Positions 21,542 to 31,540 of a DNA stretch of 57,067 bases are shown in pieces (within the stretch, counting starts at the first letter, position 1; every line of letters starts with the position of its first letter). A program made the translations under genes and the position numbers. The notes under the pieces were generated by a model. That model was given only the letters and a program-made list of their open reading frames with translations. It was not told where the DNA came from and ran no database searches. Origin of the DNA: Gammaproteobacteria bacterium (GTDB lineage Bacteria > Pseudomonadota > Gammaproteobacteria > Ga0077536); contig JAURHQ010000004.1 in NCBI GenBank assembly GCA_030833185.1, forward strand, positions 1 through 57,067, given 5' to 3'.

Positions 21542-22665
21542 TGCGGCCGGCCGCGGCTGGCACAGAGCGCCGTGTAGACGGCGAGGGTCGCGGCCTGCAG
21601 GCGTTCGGTCGTAAAGGGGTGGACCTCGGGGACGGCCGGCCGCTGGGCGAGAAACGCGGCACAGCGCTCGGCCGCAGCGCCGATGTCGCCCGGCGCCACC
21701 AGGCCGGCCGGAAAGACCTCACGCAGGATTTCACCCGTCCCGCCGTGGTCGTAGCCGATCACCGGTACCCCCAGGCTCAGCGCCTCGATGGTCGTACGGC
21801 CAAAGGCTTCGGGCGCGCCGGTCAGTGAAAACGCGCAGGCGGATACGGCCAACACTTCGCGCAGGTCGCTGCGCTGGCCCAGAAACGACAGCCGCTCGCT
21901 GATGCCCAGCGCCGCCGCGCGCGCCCGCAGTTCATCCTCGAAGGCCCGTTTGCGCGGGTGCGCGCCGCCGGCCAGCAGGCCATGCACCGGCAGGCCGGCG
22001 GCCAGGAGGCGAGCGAGGAGTTCGAGAAAGTCTTCCTGACCCTTCCAGCGCGTCAGGCGCCCAGGCAACACCAGCGGCAGGCGGCCCGCGAGCGCGGGAT
22101 GCCCGGCCTGCCAGTTCGCCAGCCAGTCTGCGTCGGGCGTAAATCCTGACGGATAGCGCGCCCGGTCGACGCCGCGCGGAATGAGATGAACCGCCGAGGC
22201 CGCGACGGCACCCGGATAGGCGCGAAAAATGTATTCGCGGATGAACTGCGAAATGGCGATCACCGCCTCGCCGCTGACCATGATCCGGCTGTAGCGGTTG
22301 ATGGTGTAGGGGCCATGTACCGTGGTGACCCAGCGCGGTTGCTGCTGGGCCGGCAGGCCGCGCCGCGCGAACCAGCCGAGCCAGGCCGGCAGGCGCGAGC
22401 GCGCATGAACCAAATCCACCCGCTCGCGGCGAAAGACGTCGCGCAGCGCGCCCACCAGCCCCAGCGACGACAGGCGTTTGCGCCCAATGGGCAGCGTGAT
22501 GTGGGTCGCACCCAGCGCTTCCAGCCGCGGGACCAGACGGCCGCCGGCGGAAATCACGATCGCGCGGTGGCCGGCCAACACCAGCGCCTCGGCAATCTCC
22601 AGCGTGCCCTGTTCCACGCCGCCGACTTCCAGTTCCGGCAGCAACTGCGCGACGGTCAGGCGCAT
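21532..22665 (-). CDS. glycosyltransferase family 4 (GT-B, group 1), core-LPS type
   Basis: 377 aa ORF with the N-terminus MRLTVAQLLPELEVGGVEQGTLEIAEAL and a C-terminal EAFGRTTIEALSLGVPVIG. Confidence 0.85.
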   Translation of the reverse strand: MRLTVAQLLPELEVGGVEQGTLEIAEALVLAGHRAIVISAGGRLVPRLEALGATHITLPIGRKRLSSLGLVGALRDVFRRERVDLVHARSRLPAWLGWFARRGLPAQQQPRWVTTVHGPYTINRYSRIMVSGEAVIAISQFIREYIFRAYPGAVAASAVHLIPRGVDRARYPSGFTPDADWLANWQAGHPALAGRLPLVLPGRLTRWKGQEDFLELLARLLAAGLPVHGLLAGGAHPRKRAFEDELRARAAALGISERLSFLGQRSDLREVLAVSACAFSLTGAPEAFGRTTIEALSLGVPVIGYDHGGTGEILREVFPAGLVAPGDIGAAAERCAAFLAQRPAVPEVHPFTTERLQAATLAVYTALCASRGRPQWA

Positions 22666-22672
22666 CGGCGCT

Positions 22673-23593
22673 TCAGCCCGCTGCCGCGGGCGGCAGCCGC
22701 GCGTCCAGCACGGCCGCGCAGCGTGCGGCCTCGGCCAGGGCCTGCGGTGCCGGCAGGCGGCCGCTGGCCAGCCACTGTTTAAGCGAACTTACCCGGCCCT
22801 GTGCAACAAGATCCCCGGCGATGGCCGTGATCCGGTCCGCGCGCCGCGCCGGTACCGCCAGCACGCCCACCGGGCAACCGGCGGTGAGGGCCTCGAACAG
22901 CATTGAGACGCTGTCCGCCGTCACCCACACGGCCGCCGCCTGGTGCAGGGTGTCCCGCAGCCACGCCGGACCGCTCGTTTCATGACTGACAAAACGCACG
23001 CCCTGACCGCAGAAATCGCGCAGGCGCGCAGTGGTCGCGGCCGGCGTGCGCCGCGAATCCGCAATCACCACGTTCCGCTCGCGCTGACCAAAGACCACCG
23101 AGGCGATTTGTTGCAGCAAGTCATCCTCCCGCCAGTCGTGGTGTCGCGACGGGCCGCCAACGAGGATCGCGGTAGGCCCGTCGCGCGGTTGGAGGCTGGC
23201 GTCGAGGTCGTTCAGCACGCCCTCGGTCGGCGCAACGCGCGCGCTCGCCGCCGGCGAGTCGTGCCGCGGCACAAAGCAGAGGTCAAAGTGCGGCCAGGGC
23301 AGCGGGGGTTTCATCAGATAGACGCTGAACGCGCCGGTCGCCCGCGCGCTCGCCAGCACCGGCCAGGCGCAGCCGCTGCCCGCACCCAGCACCAGTTGCG
23401 GCGTGGGCAGGCTAAGACCGGCCGGCACGCGGCCGCAGCACCAGTCCCACCACGCGCGCGGCGTGGTGGCGGTGTGAACATCAAAAACGGAGAGCGAACG
23501 CAGCCGCGCCAGCGCGCCCAGCAGCCCGGCAGTCTGGCGCTCGTGGCCGGCCTTGCCGTCACGAAAGCGCCAGACCACGGTGCCCGAGTTCAC
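22673..23593 (-). CDS. ELM1 / DUF1022-family protein (predicted GT-B-like, function unknown in bacteria)
   Basis: 306 aa ORF. The motifs DGKAGHERQ..GLLGAL, SRRTP and VTADSVSMLFEALTAGCPV match my recollection of the ELM1 family signature. Confidence 0.65.
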   Translation of the reverse strand: MNSGTVVWRFRDGKAGHERQTAGLLGALARLRSLSVFDVHTATTPRAWWDWCCGRVPAGLSLPTPQLVLGAGSGCAWPVLASARATGAFSVYLMKPPLPWPHFDLCFVPRHDSPAASARVAPTEGVLNDLDASLQPRDGPTAILVGGPSRHHDWREDDLLQQIASVVFGQRERNVVIADSRRTPAATTARLRDFCGQGVRFVSHETSGPAWLRDTLHQAAAVWVTADSVSMLFEALTAGCPVGVLAVPARRADRITAIAGDLVAQGRVSSLKQWLASGRLPAPQALAEAARCAAVLDARLPPAAAG

Positions 23594-23606
23594 CCGCGCA
23601 CGTGCG

Positions 23607-24527
23607 TCAGACGAAGCTCAGCCAGCCTTCAGGGCAGGCCCGACGGCCTTCGACCGTGTCGAGGTAGGCCGCCTGCAAGCGCTTGGTGATCGGGCCCGGC
23701 TTGCCGGTGCCGATCGCGCGATTGTCGAGCTCACGAATGGGCGTGACTTCGGCGGCGGTGCCGGTAAAGAAGGCTTCGTCGGCGATATAGATTTCATCGC
23801 GCGTGAAGCGCTTCTCTACCACCTTGATGCCCTCTTCACGCGCCAGCTGCATCACGGTGTCGCGGGTGATGCCTTCCAGCGCACACACGGCGTCCGGGGT
23901 GTAGAGCACGCCCTTACGCACGATGAAGATGTTCTCGCCGCTGCCTTCCGCCACCATGCCGTCCTTGTCGAGCAACAGGGCTTCGTCGTAGCCGTCGCGG
24001 GACGCATCCTGCAGCGCCATGATGGAGTTCAGATAGTTGCCGGTGGCCTTGGCCTTCGACAGCACGCTGTTCACGTGATTGCGTGTGAAGGACGAGGTCT
24101 TGATGCGAATGCCCTTCTCCAGCGCATCGCCGCCCAGATAGGCGCCCCAGAACCACGCCGCCACAATCACATGCACCGACAGATTGCCGGCGTGCAGCCC
24201 CATGCCTTCCGAGCCGTAGAAGGCCAGCGGGCGCAGGTACGCGGTTTCCAGCTTGTTTTCGCGCACGCAGTCCAGACAGGCCTGAACCACCGCCGCGCGG
24301 TCGAGGGTCATTTTCATGCCCAGAATATGAGTGGTGTCGTAGAGCCGGTTGATGTGCTCGGTCAGCCGGAAAATGGCCGTGCCGCGTTCGGTCTTGTAGG
24401 CGCGAATGCCTTCAAAGGCGCCGGTCGCGTAGTGCAGGGAGTGCGTCAGCACGTGCGTATTCGCTTCGCGCCACGGCACCATTGCACCATCCATCCAGAT
24501 CACGCCGTCGCGATCCGCGTAACTCAT
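23607..24527 (-). CDS. ilvE: branched-chain amino acid aminotransferase
   Basis: The ATG at 24527 is preceded by GGGAGAG. The product MSYADRDGVIWMDGAMVPW...GAFEGIRAY...EGSGENIF...GITRD is a class IV aminotransferase. Confidence 0.95.
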   Translation of the reverse strand: MSYADRDGVIWMDGAMVPWREANTHVLTHSLHYATGAFEGIRAYKTERGTAIFRLTEHINRLYDTTHILGMKMTLDRAAVVQACLDCVRENKLETAYLRPLAFYGSEGMGLHAGNLSVHVIVAAWFWGAYLGGDALEKGIRIKTSSFTRNHVNSVLSKAKATGNYLNSIMALQDASRDGYDEALLLDKDGMVAEGSGENIFIVRKGVLYTPDAVCALEGITRDTVMQLAREEGIKVVEKRFTRDEIYIADEAFFTGTAAEVTPIRELDNRAIGTGKPGPITKRLQAAYLDTVEGRRACPEGWLSFV

Positions 24528-24552
24528 AGCTCTCTCCCACAACGAATTATTG

Positions 24553-27453
24553 TCAGTCGTACATCAAGCGTTGCCACACCGCGCTCACGGCTTCGCGTTC
24601 GGCAAGGAGCGCGGAAGCGGGAACCAGACCGTCCACTTCTTGCAGGGCGCAACGATGGACTTCTGCGCGATACGCGAAGTAGGCGTCACGCAGGACGCGG
24701 CAGTCTTCGCGTGGCACCAGCGCCAGATCCTGTAGCAGATCGAGCAGCCGCAGATTGTCGGTGTAGGCCGTAAGTACTTGATGAATCGGGGCCCAACGGA
24801 GGCAGGCGTATTGCACCATAAATTCTATGTCGGTGATACCGCCCCGCCCCTGCTTCAAATCGAACTCGCGCGCGTTGGAGCGATCGAGCCCGGCCTGCAT
24901 GCGCTCGCGCATTTCGCGGATTTCGCGCCGCAAAGTCTCCGGCTCACGCGCCTGCTGTAACACCGATCGCCGAATGGCGTTGAAGCGCGTGAGCAGGCTG
25001 GTGCTGCCGGCGACGCCCCGGGCGCGTAGCAGCGCCTGGTGCTCCCAGGTCCAGGCGGCGTGCGCCTGATATTCGGCAAACGCGTCCAGCGTGGTAACCA
25101 GCAGGCCCGAGGCGCCGCTGGGACGCAGCCGCAGGTCAAGTTCATAGGCGTGACCGGCGGGCGTCGGGGTCGCCAGCAGATGGATCACGCGCTGGGCAAG
25201 CCGCGTGAAAAACAGCGCGTTGGCGATCGGCCGCGGCCCTTCAGTCTCGGCATTGACCGGGCTCGGGTCGTGCACGAAGACCAAATCCAGATCCGAGCTG
25301 TAGCCAAGTTCGCGCCCGCCCAGTTTGCCGTAGGCAATCACCGCGAAGCCGGCCACCGCACTGCCGCCCGCGTGCGGGCTTAGCGGGCGCCCGTGCCGGC
25401 TCACCAGTTCGGCCCAGGCCATCGCCAGCGCCCGCTCCAGCAGCACCTCGGCGACCCAGGTCAGGTGGTTGCTAACCTCGGCAATCGGATAGCCGGCCAG
25501 CAAATCACAGGCCGCCACCCGCAGCACCTGCTGATGCTTGAAGTTCCGCAAGGCCTCCATGCGTTGCTCTAGGTCGACCGCCGGGATCTCGTCCAGTAGC
25601 GTGGAAAGCAGCTGTTGCAGCGTGGCGTAGCCCGGCGGCGCGGCGAGCAGCCGATGGTCCAGCAGTTCGTCGAGCAGGATGGGCCAGCGCGCGATCTGGC
25701 TCGCTACCCAACTGCTCTGGGCGCACAGCGCCACCAGCCGCCCGAGTGCCAGATGATGATCGGCGAGCAGCGCCAGATAGACCGAGCGGCGGGCCACCGC
25801 GTGCAACAGGGCGGCGACCCGCGCCAGCACGCGGGCGCCGTCGTCCTGCGTGGCGCAGGCCTGCAAAAGCCGCGGCATCAGGCGGTCCAGCCGATCGCGC
25901 GCGTGGTTGGACAAGCGGCCCAGAAACCGCGAGTCGCGCAGACTGGTCAGCGTCTCGGCCGCCGCCGCCGCGTCGTGAAAACCAGCCTGCAGCAAACTGG
26001 CGGTGAGCGCCTCGCGGTCGGCAGGTGCGCGCCAGAGCTCGGACAGCAGCAACTGCGCGCTAGGGCGACCGGGGTCGGCGACCTCGCCGGGCGGTGAGAG
26101 CAGAACCTCGAAGCGCTGCCGGACCGCCGCGCGATGCGCGTCCAGGGCAGCGTCCAGCGCGGGCCAGTCCCCAAAGCCCATGCCGAAGGCAAGGCGCGCC
26201 TGTTCCGCCGGCTCGGCGGGCAGGGTCTGGGTCTGCGCATCGTGCACCTGTTGCAGGCGGTGCTCGGTGACGCGCAAAAAACGGTAGGCGGCGAGCAGCG
26301 CAGCGACATCCTCCGCGGTCAACAAGCCCAGCTCGCCGCACACCGCCAGCACCGGCTGAATCGGCGCGCGCCGCAAACGTGCCTCGCGACCGCCGCGGAC
26401 CAACTGCAAAGCCTGACCGATGAACTCCACCTCGCGAATACCGCCGGCGCCCCGCTTGATGTCGCTGCGGAGCGCGCCTTCGCGCCGCACCTCGGCATCG
26501 ATCAGGCCTTTCATTTCACGCACCGCTTCGATGGCGCCAAAGTCCAGATAGCGGCGGTAAATGAAGGGTCGGGCGATCTCGGCGAACAGCGCCCGGTCGG
26601 TCTCGCTGCCGTGGATCACGCGGCCCTTGATTAGCGCATAGCGCTCCCAGTCGCGCCCGTGCAGCAGGTAGTACTGCTCAAGCGCGGCGAAACTCGCGGT
26701 CAGCGCGCCGCTGTCGCCGAAGGGCCGCAGACGCATGTCCACCCGGTAGACAAAGCCGTCGGCGGTGACGTCGTTCAGAAACCCGATCAGCCGTTTGCCG
26801 AGCCGGTCGAAAAACTCCTGATGCGACACCGACCGGCTGCCGCCGCGAGTCTCGCCGCCGCTCCGATAGCAAAAGATAAGGTCGATGTCGGACGAAAAAT
26901 TAAGCTCACCCCCGCCCAGCTTGCCCATCGCCAACACCATCAGGCCCAGCGGTTTGCCTTCGGTATCGGTCGGCGTGCCGTAGCGGGGCTGCAGGTCGCG
27001 GGCTAGCCACGCGGCGCCCGTATCGACCAGCGCGTCGGCCAGCGCCGAGAGTTCGGCGAGCAGGGTGTCGAGGTCGACTTCGCCGAGCAGGTCGCGCCAG
27101 GCCATGGCCGCGACCTCGGTGCGGCGGAACCAGCGGGCGCGGGCGCGCAGCGCCGCTTCGTCGAGACCGTCGGCAAACAGCGTTGCGACCCGCGCCCGAT
27201 AGCCGTCAACGCTGCGCGCGGCGGGTGGCGCGGCGAGTGCCGTCAGCCACGCCGTGGGCGCGGCGGTCGCGACCTCGGCCACAAAGGGACTGGCGGCGAA
27301 CACCCGCGTCAGCGATCCCGCGAGCCCGGCCGGCAGCGCGGCACCGCTGGCTGCCAGCGCGGACTCGAAGCGCTCAAGTGCAAGCGCCGCGGGCGCTAGC
27401 AGGGCCGGGGGAATTAGGCTGGCGGGCGCGAGCGAGAGGGGAAACGGTGGCAT
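24553..27453 (-). CDS. glnE: bifunctional glutamine synthetase adenylyltransferase / adenylyl-removing enzyme
   Basis: 966 aa ORF with two nucleotidyltransferase repeats (GKLGGGELNFSSDIDLIF and GKLGGRELGYSSDLDLVF). A GGAGG SD lies upstream of the ATG. Confidence 0.96.
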   Translation of the reverse strand: MPPFPLSLAPASLIPPALLAPAALALERFESALAASGAALPAGLAGSLTRVFAASPFVAEVATAAPTAWLTALAAPPAARSVDGYRARVATLFADGLDEAALRARARWFRRTEVAAMAWRDLLGEVDLDTLLAELSALADALVDTGAAWLARDLQPRYGTPTDTEGKPLGLMVLAMGKLGGGELNFSSDIDLIFCYRSGGETRGGSRSVSHQEFFDRLGKRLIGFLNDVTADGFVYRVDMRLRPFGDSGALTASFAALEQYYLLHGRDWERYALIKGRVIHGSETDRALFAEIARPFIYRRYLDFGAIEAVREMKGLIDAEVRREGALRSDIKRGAGGIREVEFIGQALQLVRGGREARLRRAPIQPVLAVCGELGLLTAEDVAALLAAYRFLRVTEHRLQQVHDAQTQTLPAEPAEQARLAFGMGFGDWPALDAALDAHRAAVRQRFEVLLSPPGEVADPGRPSAQLLLSELWRAPADREALTASLLQAGFHDAAAAAETLTSLRDSRFLGRLSNHARDRLDRLMPRLLQACATQDDGARVLARVAALLHAVARRSVYLALLADHHLALGRLVALCAQSSWVASQIARWPILLDELLDHRLLAAPPGYATLQQLLSTLLDEIPAVDLEQRMEALRNFKHQQVLRVAACDLLAGYPIAEVSNHLTWVAEVLLERALAMAWAELVSRHGRPLSPHAGGSAVAGFAVIAYGKLGGRELGYSSDLDLVFVHDPSPVNAETEGPRPIANALFFTRLAQRVIHLLATPTPAGHAYELDLRLRPSGASGLLVTTLDAFAEYQAHAAWTWEHQALLRARGVAGSTSLLTRFNAIRRSVLQQAREPETLRREIREMRERMQAGLDRSNAREFDLKQGRGGITDIEFMVQYACLRWAPIHQVLTAYTDNLRLLDLLQDLALVPREDCRVLRDAYFAYRAEVHRCALQEVDGLVPASALLAEREAVSAVWQRLMYD

Positions 27454-27480
27454 TGCTGCCTCCAGCGTTAAGAGGGCGCC

Positions 27481-28701
27481 ATGATAGATCCGACGGCCGG
27501 ATCGCTAACGCCGTTTGGTCACGCGCCGGTGCTGGTCGATAATGCGGGCATGAAACGTCCGCTGGCCAGCAAACTGCCGCACGTCGGCACCACTATCTTC
27601 ACGGTGATGTCGCAGCTTGCGGCCGAGTGCGGGGCGATCAATCTCTCGCAGGGCTTCCCCGACTACGACGGTCCGCTGGCGCTGCGCGAGGCGGTCAAGC
27701 GCTATATCGATACCGGCTTCAACCAGTATCCGCCAATGGCCGGCGTACCCGGCCTGCGCGAGGCGGTGGCAACCAAGGTCCTGCGCTGCTACGGCGCCAC
27801 GGCCTCACCGGACACCGAGATCACCATCACGCCGGGCGCCACCGAGGCCATTTACTGCGCCGTCACCGCGGTGGTGCAGCCGGGTGACGAGGTCATCATG
27901 TTCGACCCCGCCTACGACTGCTACGAGCCGGCGGTGACGCTCGCCGGCGGTCGACCAATCCGCCTGCCGCTGCTGCCGCCGGGCTATCGCATCGACTGGC
28001 AGCGGGTGGCCGACAGCATTACGCCGCAAACGCGGATGATCATGATCAACTCGCCGCATAACCCCACCGGCTCGGTGCTGGAGGCCGACGACCTGAGGGT
28101 GCTGGCCGAACTCGCCGAGCGCCACGACCTGCTGATCTGCAGCGATGAAGTCTACGAACACCTGATTTTTGACGGCCGCCGGCACGAAAGCGTGTTGCGC
28201 TACCCGGCGCTGGCGGCGCGGTCCTTCGTGGTGTCCTCTTTCGGCAAGACCTACCATGTCACCGGATGGAAAACCGGCTACTGCGTGGCACCACCGGCGT
28301 TGACCGCAGAGCTGCGGCGGGTGCACCAGTTTGTGACCTTCGTGGGCATCACCCCCATCCAGCTCGGCCTGGCCGAGTTCATGCGCGAGCATCCCGAGCA
28401 CCTGGATAGCCTGCCGGGCTTTTATCAGCGCAAGCGGGATCTCTTTGTTGCGGCGCTGGCCGGCTCCGGATTTCGCACCCTGCCGTCGGCCGGCACCTAC
28501 TTCCAGCTTGCGGACTACAGCGCGATCAGCGAGTTGCCGGACCGCGAATTCGCCATTTGGTTGACCCGCAACGTCGGCGTGGCGGCCATTCCGGTGTCCG
28601 TTTTCTATGAGCAGCCGCCGGCGGCACGCTATGTCCGCTTCTGTTTTTGCAAAAACGACGACACCCTGCGCGAAGGGGCCGCCCGGCTGGCCGCCCTGTG
28701 A
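27481..28701 (+). CDS. PLP-dependent aminotransferase, YbdL/methionine aminotransferase-like
   Basis: It carries INLSQGFPDYDGP, NSPHNPTG and SFGKTY (PLP lysine). ATG 27481 has an AGAGGG SD. Alignment to YbdL-type N-termini (KLPHVGTTIFTVMS) favours the internal ATG at 27550, so the start is ambiguous. Confidence 0.9.
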   Translation: MIDPTAGSLTPFGHAPVLVDNAGMKRPLASKLPHVGTTIFTVMSQLAAECGAINLSQGFPDYDGPLALREAVKRYIDTGFNQYPPMAGVPGLREAVATKVLRCYGATASPDTEITITPGATEAIYCAVTAVVQPGDEVIMFDPAYDCYEPAVTLAGGRPIRLPLLPPGYRIDWQRVADSITPQTRMIMINSPHNPTGSVLEADDLRVLAELAERHDLLICSDEVYEHLIFDGRRHESVLRYPALAARSFVVSSFGKTYHVTGWKTGYCVAPPALTAELRRVHQFVTFVGITPIQLGLAEFMREHPEHLDSLPGFYQRKRDLFVAALAGSGFRTLPSAGTYFQLADYSAISELPDREFAIWLTRNVGVAAIPVSVFYEQPPAARYVRFCFCKNDDTLREGAARLAAL

Positions 28702-29048
28702 GGCAGCACCCGGTCCTGACGGCGGCTGGCGTGGACGAGGTGCTGCTGTGCTTCTGTACCTGCCCCAGCCGCGAAGTGGCCGAGGATCTTGCGCAGCGGG
28801 TGGTCGGCGCGGGGCTGGCGGCCTGCGTCAACATCCTGCCCGGGCTAACATCGGTCTACCGCTGGCAAGGCGCCGTGGAGACGGCGAGCGAAGTGCTGCT
28901 GCTCGCCAAAACCACGGCCAGTCGTTACCCGGCGCTGGAAGCTGCGCTGCTTGCTGCCCACCCCTATGAACTCCCGGAAGTCATCGGGGTCTCCATCCAC
29001 GCCGGACTACCTGGATATCTCCAATGGATAAAAGATTCGCTGGCCTGA
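28698..29048 (+). CDS. cutA: divalent-cation tolerance protein CutA
   Basis: It carries CVNILPGLTSVYRWQGAVE...LLLAKT...HPYELPEV. The proposed GTG start overlaps the aminotransferase stop (GTGA). It sits in cutA-dsbD synteny as in E. coli. Confidence 0.88.
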   Translation: MRQHPVLTAAGVDEVLLCFCTCPSREVAEDLAQRVVGAGLAACVNILPGLTSVYRWQGAVETASEVLLLAKTTASRYPALEAALLAAHPYELPEVIGVSIHAGLPGYLQWIKDSLA

Positions 29049-30880
29049 CGCTGCTGCTCTGCGTGCTGACGCTGTCCTGGGCCGCGACTGCCGGGGTGCT
29101 CGACAAGCTCGACCGGCTGGGCGGTGGCAGCGCGCAGCGCGAATTCCTGCCGCCGGACGAAGCCTTCGCCTTCACCCACGAGGCGCTCGCCGACGGCCAA
29201 CTGCCGCTGGTCTGGACCATCGCCGACGGCTATTACCTGTATCGCGACAAGCTGAAGCTCGAGTCCCCCGACGGCACGGCGGTGGTCGGTGCCCTTGTGC
29301 TGCCGGCCGGCGAGGAAAAAGACGACGAAGAATTTGGCCGGGTTTTCATTTACCGCAACGAGCTGCGGGTGCCGGTGGCGGTGACGCCGGCGGCCGGCGC
29401 GACGACGCTCAATCTCCGTCTGAGCTATCAGGGCTGCGCGGAAGACGGCATCTGTTACCCCCCCATCCACCGCAACTTCAGCGTGCCGGTCGCGGCGGCG
29501 ACCGCGCCGCCGGTTACTCCCGCGGCAGCGGCCAGCCCAGCGCCGGCCGCCCTGCCGCCCTCCGACGAAGCGTCGGATGTCGACCGCCTCAGCGCCTTGC
29601 TGGCAGACAGCGGCCTGCCCGTTATCGCCGCCACGTTCTTTGGGTTTGGTCTGTTGCTCGCGCTCACCCCCTGCGTGTTCCCGATGGTGCCGATCGTCTC
29701 CGGGCTGGTAGTTGGCGAGCGCGGTCAGGGCGGCGCGGCGCGCGGCCTGCTGTTGTCGGGCGTGTATGTGGTGGCGATGGCCAGCACCTACGCCGTAGTC
29801 GGGCTGGCCGCCGGTCTTTTCGGGCGCAACCTGCAGGCGGCGTTCCAGCATCCGGCGGTGCTGATCGCCTTCAGCGCGCTGTTCGTGGCGCTGGCCTTGT
29901 CGATGTTCGGCTTCTATCACCTCCAACTGCCCGCCAGCCTGCGTAATCGACTGGAGACCTCGCAGCGTGGCGTGCGTAGCGGCTCGCTGATTGGGGTGGC
30001 GGTAATGGGCGTGCTTTCGGCGATTATCGTCGGGCCCTGTGTCGCGCCGCCGCTGGCCGGTGCCTTGCTGTACCTCGGCCATCAGGGCAGTCCGGTGGTC
30101 GGTGGCGTGGCGCTATTCGCACTGGGTCTGGGCATGGGCGTGCCCTTGCTGGCGGTAGGCGCTTCGGCCGGTCACTTTCTGCCGCGCGCGGGCGCCTGGC
30201 TGGAGCGGGTCCAGCATGTCTTCGGGGTGGTCTCGCTAGGCATGGCGATCTGGTTTCTGGAGCGCATCCTGCCGGGCGCGGTGAGCCTGGCGCTGTGGGC
30301 GCTGTTGCTGATCGGCACCGGCATTTTTCTGCGTGCGCTCGAACCGCTGCACGAGGCGGCCTCGGGCTGGCAGCGGCTGTGGAAAGGCCTTGGGCTCGCG
30401 ATGGTGTGCTACGGCGGGGTGCTGATTGTGGGCGCTGCCGCCGGCGCCGATGACGTGTTGCGGCCCCTGCTGCCCTTGACGGCACGCGCCGAATCACAGG
30501 CCCCGGCCGGTAAGCAAGCATTCACCCCAGTCAAAGGGCTGGCCGCACTCGATGCCGCGGTCAAGCAGGCGGCGGCGGCCGGTCGCCCGGCACTGCTCGA
30601 CGTCTACGCCGACTGGTGCGTGGAGTGCAAACGCCTGGAACGCGAAACCTTTGCCAATCCGGCCGTCGAGGCGCGGCTGGGGGCGTTCACCTTGCTGCGG
30701 GCCGACGTCACCGCCAACGACGAGATCGATCGCGCGCTGCTCGCGGGCCTGTCGATGTTTGGTCCGCCGGCGGTGCTCTTATACGACGCCGGCGGGAAGG
30801 AGCGTCGGGCGCAGCGCCTGACCGGCTTTGTCGGCCCGGAAGATTTTTTGCGCCGGCTCGCGGCGCTGGATAGCCCGTGA
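29024..30880 (+). CDS. dsbD: thiol:disulfide interchange protein DsbD
   Basis: 618 aa ORF with a signal peptide, an N-terminal DsbD-alpha domain (YQGCAEDGICYPP), a TM core with LTPCVFPMVPI and GPCVAPP, and a C-terminal thioredoxin WCVECK. Confidence 0.93.
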   Translation: MDKRFAGLTLLLCVLTLSWAATAGVLDKLDRLGGGSAQREFLPPDEAFAFTHEALADGQLPLVWTIADGYYLYRDKLKLESPDGTAVVGALVLPAGEEKDDEEFGRVFIYRNELRVPVAVTPAAGATTLNLRLSYQGCAEDGICYPPIHRNFSVPVAAATAPPVTPAAAASPAPAALPPSDEASDVDRLSALLADSGLPVIAATFFGFGLLLALTPCVFPMVPIVSGLVVGERGQGGAARGLLLSGVYVVAMASTYAVVGLAAGLFGRNLQAAFQHPAVLIAFSALFVALALSMFGFYHLQLPASLRNRLETSQRGVRSGSLIGVAVMGVLSAIIVGPCVAPPLAGALLYLGHQGSPVVGGVALFALGLGMGVPLLAVGASAGHFLPRAGAWLERVQHVFGVVSLGMAIWFLERILPGAVSLALWALLLIGTGIFLRALEPLHEAASGWQRLWKGLGLAMVCYGGVLIVGAAAGADDVLRPLLPLTARAESQAPAGKQAFTPVKGLAALDAAVKQAAAAGRPALLDVYADWCVECKRLERETFANPAVEARLGAFTLLRADVTANDEIDRALLAGLSMFGPPAVLLYDAGGKERRAQRLTGFVGPEDFLRRLAALDSP

Positions 30881-31401
30881 GCCGCGGCCTGCTGATCGCG
30901 CTGGTCGCGGCGCTGGCCCTGGGGGGCGGGCTGGTCTTGCGCCAATTTGCCGATCCGGTCAGTCAGACCCCGACGGCGGCGGCCGACCCGCTCACCGCTG
31001 CATTTCCGGATCTGCACGGTCAGCGCCACACGCTGGGCGAATGGCGGGGCAAGGTGCTGGTCGTTAATTTCTGGGCCACCTGGTGCCCGCCCTGCCTGAA
31101 GGAAATCCCGGCCTTCGTCGAGCTCCAGCGCCAGCACGGCGCCGCCGGCCTGCAGTTTGTAGGGGTGGCGCTGGACGCCCAGGAGGAGGTGGCAAGCTTC
31201 GTCGCCAAGCGTGAAATCAACTACCCCATCCTGTTCGGCGAGGAAGATGTCGCGCGCTACATGCAGGAACAGGGCAACAAGATTGGCGCCCTGCCGTTCA
31301 CGCTGGTGTTTGACCGTAGCGGCACCCTGCGCCACGCGCAGCAGGGCGAGTGGGCGGCGGCGGACGCCGCGCGCAAGCTGACCGAACTGCTCGCCGAATA
31401 A
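30877..31401 (+). CDS. TlpA/ResA-family periplasmic thiol-disulfide oxidoreductase
   Basis: 174 aa ORF with an N-terminal TM anchor and the motif FWATWCPPCLKEIP. The GTG start overlaps the dsbD stop (GTGA). Confidence 0.85.
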   Translation: MSRGLLIALVAALALGGGLVLRQFADPVSQTPTAAADPLTAAFPDLHGQRHTLGEWRGKVLVVNFWATWCPPCLKEIPAFVELQRQHGAAGLQFVGVALDAQEEVASFVAKREINYPILFGEEDVARYMQEQGNKIGALPFTLVFDRSGTLRHAQQGEWAAADAARKLTELLAE

Positions 31402-31540
31402 ACGAACTCGCGTCGAACGTGTCTGCATCACCGCCGAACCGGCTCGCTTGAGAACAGTGACTGTGCTAACGTCGCGCGGCCTTGACGCGGGCTGTCCGCG
31501 CGGCACCAGTTGAGTTCACCAGCCGAGCGTTCGAGTACCC

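Noticed and set aside
28964-30082. 372 aa minus-strand ORF, and similar long antisense ORFs at 10121-10999, 11015-11797, 23553-24773, 30604-31506, 32531-33793, 35698-36762, 45887-46900 and 47239-48306.
   Set aside because: Each is fully nested opposite a gene with strong family signatures (dsbD, yidC, ilvE, tlpA, accC, dusB, gltA, mdh). None has an SD or a motif that I recognise.
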